Assembly (NCBI GenBank): GCA_022646745.1
Contig: CP060262.1
Span: 720,001 to 752,000, forward strand
Direction: 5' to 3'
Origin: Planctomycetales bacterium
Lineage (GTDB): Bacteria; 4484-113; JAFGCY01
DNA length: 32,000 bases
Below the pieces are notes generated by a model. That model was not told the DNA's origin and made no database searches. It was given only the letters and a program-made list of their open reading frames with translations. The position numbers and the translations under genes are program-made. Below are positions 16,088 through 24,387 of the stretch, one piece after another (position 1 is the stretch's first letter; each line of letters begins with the position of its first letter).

Positions 16088-16123
16088 AGGATCTGGGTTG
16101 TCGGGTGTAGCAGAGGGATCAGG
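16088..16123 (+). repeat. Left direct repeat flanking the low-GC gene
   Basis: AGGATCTGGGTTGTCGGGTGTAGCAGAGGGATCAGG compared with AGGATTTGGGAGCTTGGGTGTAGGGTGTAGCGGAAGGGATCAGG at 16986-17029. Confidence 0.65.
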
Positions 16124-16190
16124 GTAGCGGCGCGGCCTTGCGACACTTGGGCGTGGTTACCGACGGGGGATACGGTCAGCGCTTCACTCC

Positions 16191-16847
16191 TCATTCGGAA
16201 TGTCTCTCGACATATTGTGCCGTTGCCAGTTCGTTCCAGTGTGCCAGCATTTCAGCTGTTTCCTCATCCCAGTTAACCTGTAGCTGATCCTTTCCTGAGG
16301 GCCAGAGTATTGCCCGATAAGCAACTTCCATCAGACAACCCCCATCTCTGGTGAAGTACAGGTAATACGAGCCGTCTGCAAACTTCCGCACTTCTCGGAC
16401 ACAGATCAGGTCGGGCAGCTTGCCCTTGGATTGGTCCTGTGAAATATCCCTTGTCCTGCGGTATTCCTCCAGCTGGCTCACGGGTTGAACATCCAGATGC
16501 CCTTGCCTGAGTGCTGCAATCAGCGTGTCATCAGGATCCTCCACGGGATGCTCTGCGTCCGCCTTGTACATTCCGACCCTGGTGGTATAGGAGATGAAGG
16601 TCGGGTAGTTCTTGTCATCACTGACAACCTCCGTCAATGCAGCCATCAGAATGGTTTGGATTTCCTCTGCGGGGAGATTGTCCGTTCGCTTCTCGAAGGA
16701 CTGCAATTCATAGACACTGCCTTCCTGCTGGCCACGCTTCCGCTGGGCAATCGAATACTCGCTGCGCACGAATGGCAGTGCGATTGCCACAATCAGCAGC
16801 ATCAGCAACAGATGGCGCCACTTGAAACCATGGAAGAACCAGCCCAT
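16191..16847 (-). CDS. Hypothetical protein with one N-terminal transmembrane anchor; gene has visibly lower G+C than its neighbours
   Basis: MGWFFHGFKWRHLLLMLLIVAIALPF... with no recognisable domain. Start set at ATG 16847; the track start at 16871 is a GTG. There is no SD. TACAAT (16854-16859, minus strand) ends 6 nt before the ATG. Confidence 0.65.
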   Translation of the reverse strand: MGWFFHGFKWRHLLLMLLIVAIALPFVRSEYSIAQRKRGQQEGSVYELQSFEKRTDNLPAEEIQTILMAALTEVVSDDKNYPTFISYTTRVGMYKADAEHPVEDPDDTLIAALRQGHLDVQPVSQLEEYRRTRDISQDQSKGKLPDLICVREVRKFADGSYYLYFTRDGGCLMEVAYRAILWPSGKDQLQVNWDEETAEMLAHWNELATAQYVERHSE

Positions 16848-16935
16848 GATCTGATTGTAACTGAATGGCACGAAGCCGGTGCAGTATCCGGAGTTCCCCA
16901 GCCGCCGGCCAGTTTGACATGCCCCGCCCTGTGGC

Positions 16936-16956
16936 GATCACACCTGCGGTGTGATC
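16936..16956. repeat. Perfect 9-bp palindrome GATCACACC-tgc-GGTGTGATC
   Basis: Seen directly in the sequence. It lies about 90-110 nt upstream (minus-strand sense) of the 16847 start, so it could be an operator or a hairpin. Confidence 0.5.
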
Positions 16957-16985
16957 ACCCCACCCGGGATGTCCGGCTGCTGGTG

Positions 16986-17029
16986 AGGATTTGGGAGCTT
17001 GGGTGTAGGGTGTAGCGGAAGGGATCAGG
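16986..17029 (+). repeat. Right direct repeat flanking the low-GC gene
   Basis: See 16088-16123. It contains an internal GGGTGTAG duplication. Confidence 0.65.
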
Positions 17030-17030
17030 T

Positions 17031-17053
17031 CGGCGGCTGGAAGCCGCCGCTAC
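17031..17053 (+). repeat. REP-like hairpin CGGCGGC-tggaa-GCCGCCG-CTAC
   Basis: Consensus copy of the family. Confidence 0.7.
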
Positions 17054-17175
17054 GGGTCATTGTTCACAAAGATTGTGCGATAGCAAGTGTCACAGATCCG
17101 TTGCCAGACTATCGTCTGGCCGCCGACGACTTGCTTGTGCCAGGCCTCCGCCCCTCCTGCACCTTCCACGCGACC

Positions 17176-17197
17176 CAATCCCGCCAGGGCGGGATTG
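17176..17197 (-). terminator. Terminator-like hairpin after lpdA (no U-tract)
   Basis: CAATCCCGC-cagg-GCGGGATTG, a 9-bp stem 5 nt beyond the lpdA stop codon. No T-run follows on the minus strand. Confidence 0.4.
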
Positions 17198-17202
17198 CAG
17201 CG

Positions 17203-18651
17203 TCAGACCGCCGAGTCCTTGGACGAGGCGGCAGATCGCTTCGGTACATACATATCCGTCACCGTGCCGAGGAAGACCTCTGCAGCGAAGCCGACTGATT
17301 CAGCGAGCGTCGGATGCGCGTGGATCGTCTCCGCGATGTCCTCCGCATGCGCCCCCATCTCGATTGCCAGCGCCGCCTCCGCGATCAGGTCGCCCGCGCC
17401 GACGCCGACGATGCTGCAGCCGAGGATGCGGCCTGTGGCGTTGTCAAACACCATCTTTGTCAGGCCCTCCATGCGGTCCAGCGCGATCGCCTTGCCGCTG
17501 GCCGCCCAGGGGAACTTGCCGACGCCGTAGTCGATACCCTGTTCCTTCGCCTCCTCCTCCGTCAGGCCGGCCCAGGCCAGCTCCGGGTCGGTGAACACCA
17601 CGGCCGGGATGCAGCGCTTGTCCCAGACGGAGTGGTGCCCGGCGATCACCTCGGCGGCGACGCGGCCCTCGTGGCTGGCCTTGTGCGCCAGCATCGGCTG
17701 CCCGGCGATGTCACCGATGGCGAAGATATGCGGCACGTTGGTGCGCATCTGATTGTCAATTCTGATGAACCCGCCCTCGCCGACTTCCACGCCGGCCATC
17801 TCGATGGCGAGCATGTCACTGTTGCTGCGGCGGCCGATGCTGACGAGCACCCGGCCATACTCACCGCTGAACGCACCCTCGCTGCCCTCGAAGTCCACCT
17901 TGACCGACTTGCCGGTGTCCTTGATGCCGGTGACCTTCGTTGACAGCATGATCCTGCCGAACTGGCCCTTCAGGCGCTTCTCCAGCGGGCGCACCGCGTC
18001 GCGGTCGGCCCCGCTGAGGATGTGGTCCTGCAGCTCCACCACGTCAACCTTGCTGCCCAGTGCGGCATACACGCTGCCGAGCTCCAGGCCGATGTAGCCA
18101 CCGCCGATCACCAGCAGGCTGTCCGGGATCTCCTCGATCTCGAGCGCCGTCGTGCTGTCCAGCACCTTGTCGCTGCCAATCTCGAGGAAGGGTAGGCGCA
18201 GGATGCGGCTGCCGGCGGCGATGATGCAGTGCCTGAATTCAATCGTATCGCCACTCTTCTTCAGCGTGACGGAATTCGGCGATGCGAACTCGGCGTAGTC
18301 GGAGATGAACTCGCAGCCACGCTGCTTCGCCATGCCCTTCAGGCCGCCGGTCAGGCGGTTTACCACGCTGTCCTTGAACTGGCGCAGCTTGAGCTTGTCA
18401 ATCTGCGGACTGCCGTAGCTAACACCATGCTTTTCCAGCTCAGCGGCTTCAGTGATGTGCGCCGCGATGTGCAGGTAGGCCTTGCTCGGGATGCAGCCCA
18501 CGCGCAGGCAGACGCCGCCGGGGACCTCGTTTTCGTCCACGAGGATGGTATTCACACCGAGGTCGGCGGCGCGGAAGGCAGCGGTATAGCCGCCGGGCCC
18601 GGCTCCGATCACGAGTAACTCACAGGTCTTTGTTGCCATGTCTGTTTCCAT
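17203..18651 (-). CDS. lpdA: Dihydrolipoyl dehydrogenase (E3 of the pyruvate dehydrogenase complex)
   Basis: ELLVIGAGPGGYTAAFRAADLG, the redox-active GGVCLRVGCIPSK, and the C-terminal HAHPTLAE interface motif. The start is ATG 18651 (METDMATK) or ATG 18639 (MATK). The track start at 18687 is a TTG inside a repeat. Confidence 0.93.
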   Translation of the reverse strand: METDMATKTCELLVIGAGPGGYTAAFRAADLGVNTILVDENEVPGGVCLRVGCIPSKAYLHIAAHITEAAELEKHGVSYGSPQIDKLKLRQFKDSVVNRLTGGLKGMAKQRGCEFISDYAEFASPNSVTLKKSGDTIEFRHCIIAAGSRILRLPFLEIGSDKVLDSTTALEIEEIPDSLLVIGGGYIGLELGSVYAALGSKVDVVELQDHILSGADRDAVRPLEKRLKGQFGRIMLSTKVTGIKDTGKSVKVDFEGSEGAFSGEYGRVLVSIGRRSNSDMLAIEMAGVEVGEGGFIRIDNQMRTNVPHIFAIGDIAGQPMLAHKASHEGRVAAEVIAGHHSVWDKRCIPAVVFTDPELAWAGLTEEEAKEQGIDYGVGKFPWAASGKAIALDRMEGLTKMVFDNATGRILGCSIVGVGAGDLIAEAALAIEMGAHAEDIAETIHAHPTLAESVGFAAEVFLGTVTDMYVPKRSAASSKDSAV

Positions 18652-18784
18652 AGCGGCGGCATCCTGCCGCCGGTTGGTGATGAGCAATGAAGAATGAGCA
18701 ATGAGTCAGACATATGCTTCGATAGTCTCATTGCTCATTGCTCATAACTCATTGCTTCAGTCAGCGGCTGGAAGCCGCCGCTAC
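18651..18784. repeat. ~134-bp composite palindromic element in the aceF-lpdA spacer: REP (reverse) 18651-18672, GAGCAATGA-type inverted repeat 18677-18705/18727-18755, REP (forward) 18762-18784
   Basis: Left end TAGCGGCGGC-atcct-GCCGCCG; right end CAGCGGC-tggaa-GCCGCCGCTAC. The inner stem AATGAGCAATGAG/CTCATTGCTCATT is 13 bp and perfect, with a 21-nt loop. The element fills almost the whole spacer between the aceF stop (18787) and the lpdA start. Confidence 0.7.
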
Positions 18785-18786
18785 CG

Positions 18787-20097
18787 TCAGCCACCCAGAA
18801 GCAGCGCTTCCGGGTCTTCGAGTGATTTCTTCAGGCTGTCCACGAAGCGTGCGGCGCTGGCGCCGTCTATCACGCGGTGGTCATAGCTCAGGCCGATCGG
18901 CATCAGCAGGCGCGGTACGATCTGGCCGTTGACAACAGCCGGTTCGAGGCGGCTCTGGCCGATGCCGAGGATGCTGACCTGCGGCCAGTTTATGATCGGG
19001 GTGAACTCGAGTCCGCCGATGCCGCCCTGGTTGGAGATCGTGAAGGTGGATCCGCTCAGCAGGTCCGGGTCGATCTTGCCACTGCGGGCATCGTCCGCGG
19101 TCTCCTTTAAGTGCCTGCCAAGTTCATAGATGTCCATCCGGTCCGCATCACGCAGGGAGGGCACCAGCAGTCCGCGCTCGGTGTCGACGGCCATGCCGAT
19201 GTGGTAGTAGTCCTTCCAGACGATCTCCTCATTGGCGACGTCGATCGAGGCATTGAACTGCGGGTAGCGCTTGAGCGCGGTCAGCACAGCCTTGATCACG
19301 AACACGGTCATGGTCAGCGCGCTGCCCATTTCCTTCGCCTTTTCCTTGTGGCGGCCGCGGAATTCCTCCATCTCCGTGATGTCAATCCGCTCGAACTGCG
19401 TGATGCGCGGCACCTGCGACCAGGAGACGGCCATCGCGTCCGCGGTCAGGCGGCGCACCTTGCTCATCTTCTCGCGGCGCACCGGGCCCCACTTGCCGAA
19501 GTCCGGCAGGGCAGGGACGGCAACACCGCTTGCCACGCCGCCTGTTGCCACTGCAGCGGCGGGAGCACCCTTGGCAAAGGACTGGACATCCTCAACCGTG
19601 ATGCGGCCATGCCTGCCGCTGCCGGGTACATTGCCCAGCGCCACGCCCAGCTCGCGGGCAGTGCGGCGTGCAGCCGGGCCGGCTGGCAACAGGGAGTTGT
19701 CAGCACTGGAAGCCGGGGCAGGTGCAGCCGCAGCAGGGGCCGGAGCCGCTGCTGAACTGCCGTTGCCACTGGCTGCCGGGGCAGCCACAGTCTCCTGCGG
19801 GACCGGGTCTTCCTGCAACTCGGCGGTATCCGCCTTGCTGTTGTCAGCTGCGGATGCAGCACCGCCGGCGACCGTGAACAGCACGGCACCGACCGGCACG
19901 TTCTCACCCTCGGAGATGTGCACCTTCTCGACAGTGCCGCTTTCGGTGCTGGGCACCTCGACCACAGCCTTGTCAGTCTCCAGCTCGACGAGGATCTGGT
20001 TCTCCTCGATCGTGTCACCGACGGCGACGAGGATCTTCAGCACATCACCGGCGGCGATGCCATCTCCCATCTCGGGCAGTTTGATCTCTACGGACAT
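18787..20097 (-). CDS. aceF: Dihydrolipoamide acetyltransferase (E2) with a single lipoyl domain and a long Ala/Pro linker
   Basis: Lipoyl motif LVELETDKAVVEVPS, an AAPAPAAAAPAPAS linker, a subunit-binding region (PAARRTARELGV), and the catalytic C-terminus SYDHRVIDGA. GGGGAGAAGAAAGGAA lies upstream of the ATG. Confidence 0.93.
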   Translation of the reverse strand: MSVEIKLPEMGDGIAAGDVLKILVAVGDTIEENQILVELETDKAVVEVPSTESGTVEKVHISEGENVPVGAVLFTVAGGAASAADNSKADTAELQEDPVPQETVAAPAASGNGSSAAAPAPAAAAPAPASSADNSLLPAGPAARRTARELGVALGNVPGSGRHGRITVEDVQSFAKGAPAAAVATGGVASGVAVPALPDFGKWGPVRREKMSKVRRLTADAMAVSWSQVPRITQFERIDITEMEEFRGRHKEKAKEMGSALTMTVFVIKAVLTALKRYPQFNASIDVANEEIVWKDYYHIGMAVDTERGLLVPSLRDADRMDIYELGRHLKETADDARSGKIDPDLLSGSTFTISNQGGIGGLEFTPIINWPQVSILGIGQSRLEPAVVNGQIVPRLLMPIGLSYDHRVIDGASAARFVDSLKKSLEDPEALLLGG

Positions 20098-20118
20098 TTC
20101 CTTTCTTCTCCCCTCGGC

Positions 20119-22806
20119 CTAGAGCTTCCAGGCCGGGTCACGCTCGACGTCGATCCCGTACTTCTTCAGCGCATCCCTGACGGCCTTCACGTCCAGCTCT
20201 CCCTCTTCGCGCAGGGCATTGAGCGCCGTGACGACGACGCTGGCAGCGTCCACCTCGAAGAAGCCGCGCAGGGCCTCGCGGGATTCACTGCGGCCGAAGC
20301 CATCGGTGCCGAGCGAGTGCAGGCGGCCGGGGATCCAGCGGTCGACGAGGTCCGGCAGGGCGCGCATGTAGTCACTGGCAGCGACCACCGGGCCCGTGTA
20401 CTTCTCAAGCTGCTTCGTGATGTAGGGCACCTTCGGAGCCTTGTCCGGGTGCAGCCTGTTCCAGCGCTCGGTCTCCATGCCGTCGCGCCTCAGCTCGTTG
20501 TAGCTCGTGATGCTCCAGACATCGCTCGTAATGTCGAACTCCGTTGCCAGCATCTCCTGGGCCTTCAGCACCTCGCGCAGGATGGTGCCGCTGCCGAACA
20601 GGGTCAGGTGCGGGCGACCCTTCTTGGGCTTCATCGGGCTGAACCTGTACATGCCGCGGCGGATGCCTTCCTCGACGCCCTTAGGCATCTCTGGCTGCTG
20701 GTAGTTCTCGTTCATCACGGTGACGTAGTAGAACACGTCCTCTCGGTCCTGGTACATGCGGCGGATGCCGTCCTGCATGATCACGGCCAGCTCGAAGGCG
20801 AAGGCCGGATCGTAGGACACGCAGCTCGGCACGGTACTGGCAACGAGGTGGCTGTGGCCATCCTCATGCTGCAGGCCCTCACCGTTGAGAGTGGTGCGCC
20901 CGCTGGTGCCGCCGAACAGGAAACCCTTGCAGCGCATGTCTGCCGCAGCCCAGATCAGGTCGCCGATGCGCTGGAAGCCGAACATCGAGTAGTAGATGTA
21001 CATCGGGATCGTGTTCACGCCGAGGCTCGTATAGGCCGTGCCGGCGGCGATGAAGCTTGACATCGCGCCCGCCTCGTTGATGCCCTCTTCAAGGATCTGG
21101 CCGTTCTTGGCCTCCTTGTAGTAGAGCAGGGTGTCGCTGTCCACCGGGGTGTACAGCTGGCCCGTCGAGGCGTAGATGCCGGCCTGGCGGAACAGGCCCT
21201 CCATGCCGAAGGTGCGTGCCTCATCGGGCACGATCGGCACGATCAGCTTGCCGATCTCCTTGTTGCGCAGCAGCACGGCGAGCATGCGCACCCAGGCCAT
21301 CGTGGTGGATGCTTCCTTGTCGCCGGTGCCCTTCAGGAACTCGTCAAACACGTCGAGGCCGGGGGCCTGGACCGGCTCGCAGCGGTCATGGCGCTGGGGC
21401 AGGTAGCCACCCAGCTCCTCGCGACGCGCCTTGAGGTACTTGATCTCCGGGCTGTCCTCGGCGGGACGGTAGAACTCGAGGTTGACGATCTGCTCCTTCT
21501 CGAGCGGGATGTTGAAGAACTTCTGGAAGCTCTCAACCTCTTCGTTCTTCATCTTCTTCAGGTTGTGGGCCACGTTCTTGGCCTGGCCGGCGGGGCCGAG
21601 GCCGTAACCCTTGATCGTCTTGGCGAGGATCACGGTGGGCTGGCCCTTGTGGTGGGTGGCGGCATGGAAGGCGGCATGGACCTTCTCCGGGTCATGGCCA
21701 CCGCGGCGCATGCGCACCAGCTTCTCGTCCGAGATGTCCTTCACGAGCTCAAGCAGCTCGGGATACTTGCCAAAGAAGTCCTTGCGGATGTACTCGCCGG
21801 TCTCGGCGGCGTACTTCTGGTACTGGCCGTCCACCACCTCGCCCATGCGGCGCACGAGCAGGCCGGTCTTGTCACGGCGCACCAGGTCGTCCCATTCGTC
21901 GCCCCAGATCACCTTGATAACATTCCAGCCCGCGCCGTGGAACAGGCCTTCCAGCTCCTGGATGATCTTGCCGTTGCCGCGCACAGGACCGTCGAGGCGC
22001 TGCAGGTTGCAGTTCACGATCCAGGTCAGGTTGTCCAGCTTCTCGCGGCCGGCCAGGGTGATCGCGCCGAGCGTCTCGGGCTCGTCGGTTTCGCCGTCGC
22101 CGACAGTGGCCCACACGCGGCAGTCCTCTGTGTTGCGCAGCCCGCGGTGCTGGATGTAGCGATTGAAGCGGGCCTGGTAGATGGACATGATCGGGGACAG
22201 ACCCATCGACACCGTCGGGAACTGCCAGAAGTCCGGCATCAGCCAGGGGTGCGGATAGGAGGACAGTCCGCCGCCGGCCGCCAGCTCACGGCGGAAGTTG
22301 CCGAGCTGGTCAGCGGAAAGGCGGCCCTCCAGGAAGGCGCGGGCGTAGATGCCCGGGCTGGCATGGCCCTGCATGTAGACGAGGTCGCCGGTCTGCCTGT
22401 CGTTGGGAGCGCGGAAGAAGTGGTTGAAGCCCACCTCGAAGATGGTCGCGCTGCTCTGGTAGGTGGCCAGGTGGCCGCCGATGCCGTCGCTTTCACGGTT
22501 GGCCTTCAGCACCATCGCCAGTGCGTTCCAGCGGATGATGCTCTTGATGCGCCGCTCCATCTCCCGGTCACCCGGATAGGCAGCTTCCTGCTCCTTCGGG
22601 ATCGAGTTGATGTACGGCGTGTGCAGGGCATTGGTACGTCCCACTCCCTTCAGTGCCGCCTGCTCCTCGAGCCGGCTGATCAGGTAATCGACACGCTCAG
22701 GACCATAGGTGCTGAGGGTCCACTGCAGGGAGTCCAGCCATTCCTGGGTCTCCTGGGGGTCGTGATCCTGGATCGGGTTCACGCCCTGGTCATGATCCAT
22801 AGCCAT
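20119..22806 (-). CDS. aceE: Pyruvate dehydrogenase E1 component, homodimeric AceE type
   Basis: 895 aa, beginning DPQETQEWLDSLQ. Collinear by eye with AceE-type E1. Lies 21 nt upstream of aceF on the same strand. Confidence 0.93.
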   Translation of the reverse strand: MAMDHDQGVNPIQDHDPQETQEWLDSLQWTLSTYGPERVDYLISRLEEQAALKGVGRTNALHTPYINSIPKEQEAAYPGDREMERRIKSIIRWNALAMVLKANRESDGIGGHLATYQSSATIFEVGFNHFFRAPNDRQTGDLVYMQGHASPGIYARAFLEGRLSADQLGNFRRELAAGGGLSSYPHPWLMPDFWQFPTVSMGLSPIMSIYQARFNRYIQHRGLRNTEDCRVWATVGDGETDEPETLGAITLAGREKLDNLTWIVNCNLQRLDGPVRGNGKIIQELEGLFHGAGWNVIKVIWGDEWDDLVRRDKTGLLVRRMGEVVDGQYQKYAAETGEYIRKDFFGKYPELLELVKDISDEKLVRMRRGGHDPEKVHAAFHAATHHKGQPTVILAKTIKGYGLGPAGQAKNVAHNLKKMKNEEVESFQKFFNIPLEKEQIVNLEFYRPAEDSPEIKYLKARREELGGYLPQRHDRCEPVQAPGLDVFDEFLKGTGDKEASTTMAWVRMLAVLLRNKEIGKLIVPIVPDEARTFGMEGLFRQAGIYASTGQLYTPVDSDTLLYYKEAKNGQILEEGINEAGAMSSFIAAGTAYTSLGVNTIPMYIYYSMFGFQRIGDLIWAAADMRCKGFLFGGTSGRTTLNGEGLQHEDGHSHLVASTVPSCVSYDPAFAFELAVIMQDGIRRMYQDREDVFYYVTVMNENYQQPEMPKGVEEGIRRGMYRFSPMKPKKGRPHLTLFGSGTILREVLKAQEMLATEFDITSDVWSITSYNELRRDGMETERWNRLHPDKAPKVPYITKQLEKYTGPVVAASDYMRALPDLVDRWIPGRLHSLGTDGFGRSESREALRGFFEVDAASVVVTALNALREEGELDVKAVRDALKKYGIDVERDPAWKL

Positions 22807-23125
22807 TTCTGTTCACCATGCCCCGCCGGTCGGTGCCGGCACATTACTGGTTCCGTAGAATTTCGTACGATCAACCCCGCCGGACTCCGCTGTTCCCCTT
22901 TCCCCTCGGATTCCGGCTCGCTATTTATACCATTGCAGGTATGTTGCAGGCCTGTGAAATCAGGCTTGCCAGTGTGCCATGGGAGCTGCATTGCAGATCG
23001 GGGCAGGTAACGGCGGTGCATGTCTCGAAGCTTCATCCAGTCTGGATGCGGCCTGCCAGCGGGCAGGCGTGACATTCGCATTGGGCTTGGTATCAATCGG
23101 AGGCCGGAGCAAGTCGCTTCAAAAA

Positions 23126-23154
23126 ATTATAACGCTGTTATGTATTTGTGTTTA
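23126..23154 (-). promoter_or_regulatory. Candidate sigma70-type promoter of the PDH operon
   Basis: Minus strand reads TAAACA-17 nt-TATAAT within the only AT-rich patch of the thiL-aceE spacer. This predicts a leader of about 310 nt. Confidence 0.35.
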
Positions 23155-23184
23155 CAGCGTGAAAACCGCTTGGGAAATCGATGT

Positions 23185-24285
23185 TCAGTGCTCGAAACCG
23201 CTGGCCTGCAGCACTCGGTTGCGGCCCAGTTCATCGGTGTACATCAAGCCCTCATCGGCGGGCAGCACCGTGCCGATCCTCGTAAGCGGGACGGGTGATT
23301 CGCGCAGCAGGCGGGCTGTGGATGAGACCGGTGCCGTGAACAGCAGCTGGTAGTCCTCCGCGCTGCCCAGCAGGAACTCACTGAGGCTTGCGAACTCGCG
23401 GGCCTTGCGGTCCGTGCTCATGCGCCCGGGAATCCCGAATGCCGCGGGACCGTTGCCGTTGCTGCCATGTTTCGCCACGCTGCGGCGCTGCCGGGCGAAC
23501 TCCTGCAATTCACCGCTGAAATCGTAGTTCTGCAGGTCAATCTGCATGCCGACGCCGGATGCATCGGCAAGCTGCAGCAGGCACTGCGACAGGCTGTCGG
23601 AAAGGTCCATGCAGGCACTGGCCAGTTCCTCACTGGACAGCCATTGCCCAAGTGCAAGCTGGGGCTTGGGCCTGACATGCGCCTCGCGGGCCAGCACACT
23701 GCCGTCCTCGACACCAGCCTGCAGCTGGTGGAAACCAAGCTGGCTGAGGCCAAGCTCGCCACTGTGCCAGATCGCGTCACCGGGCTTTGCTCCACTGCGG
23801 GTGAGCGGCTGGCTGGCGATGCTGCCGATCATGCTGAAGCTGAGCAGCCACTGCGGGGCACGCACCGTGTCACCACCGATCAGGTCAGCGCCGAATTCCT
23901 TAAGCGCTTCGCCGACGCCGTCCAGCAGCTGGCTGACTTCGGTGTTTTCCGCATCGCGCGGTACCCCGAGGTTTCCCAGCGCATAGACGCATTCCGCGCC
24001 CATCGCCGCCATGTCACTCACGTTGACGGAGACCGCCTTGTAGCCGATCTCGGCCAGGTCCATGTAACGGCGGGAGAAGTGCACGCCTTCCACGAGGATG
24101 TCGGTGGCCAGCACCTGGCTGCAGACGTTGAGCCTGCGGCCCCCGTTCTGCCCCTCCGGCGGCCCGATCACGGCGGCGTCATCACCGAGGCCGACCAGCA
24201 GCCGGTTGTTCGTGCAGCTGAAGCGGCGCCTGATCTGGCTGATGATGCCTTCCTCGTTTACCTGTGCCTCACTCACGCTGCTCAA
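23185..24285 (-). CDS. thiL: Thiamine-monophosphate kinase (PurM/AIR-synthase-related superfamily)
   Basis: GLGDDAAVI, ATDILVEGVHF, NVSDMAAMGA and GSAEDYQLLFTA match the ThiL pattern. TTG start with GAAGG upstream. It is about 40 aa longer than typical ThiL proteins. Confidence 0.8.
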   Translation of the reverse strand: MSSVSEAQVNEEGIISQIRRRFSCTNNRLLVGLGDDAAVIGPPEGQNGGRRLNVCSQVLATDILVEGVHFSRRYMDLAEIGYKAVSVNVSDMAAMGAECVYALGNLGVPRDAENTEVSQLLDGVGEALKEFGADLIGGDTVRAPQWLLSFSMIGSIASQPLTRSGAKPGDAIWHSGELGLSQLGFHQLQAGVEDGSVLAREAHVRPKPQLALGQWLSSEELASACMDLSDSLSQCLLQLADASGVGMQIDLQNYDFSGELQEFARQRRSVAKHGSNGNGPAAFGIPGRMSTDRKAREFASLSEFLLGSAEDYQLLFTAPVSSTARLLRESPVPLTRIGTVLPADEGLMYTDELGRNRVLQASGFEH

Positions 24286-24387
24286 TTGCGCCTTCCCCGG
24301 GAATCCGTAATTACTTGCATTGCATCTTACCCCGAAACCTACTATCGGTCAGAAATCGCCGGAAATTACTCTGTTTCCTATAATTGG

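Noticed and set aside
13797-18755. GAGCAATGA-unit repeats as a CRISPR array
   Set aside because: They consist of only two loci, each a single inverted repeat. There are no regularly spaced direct repeats with unique spacers, and no cas genes.
19111-23010. Plus-strand ORFs 19111-19755, 19271-20122, 19918-21060 and 21388-23010 (540 aa)
   Set aside because: They are antisense to aceF/aceE, which are clearly real. Their composition is not protein-like.
23185-24285. PurM-superfamily gene as a possible selenophosphate synthetase (selD) supporting the Sec story
   Set aside because: It lacks the N-terminal Gly-rich Cys/Sec-Lys motif of SelD. It matches ThiL motifs instead (GDDAAV..., TDxLVEGVHF, GEDYxLLFT).
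24286-24387. TPP riboswitch upstream of thiL
   Set aside because: The minus-strand leader is about 100 nt and lacks the CUGAGA and ACCUGAUCUGGAUAAUGCCAGCG-type conserved cores.
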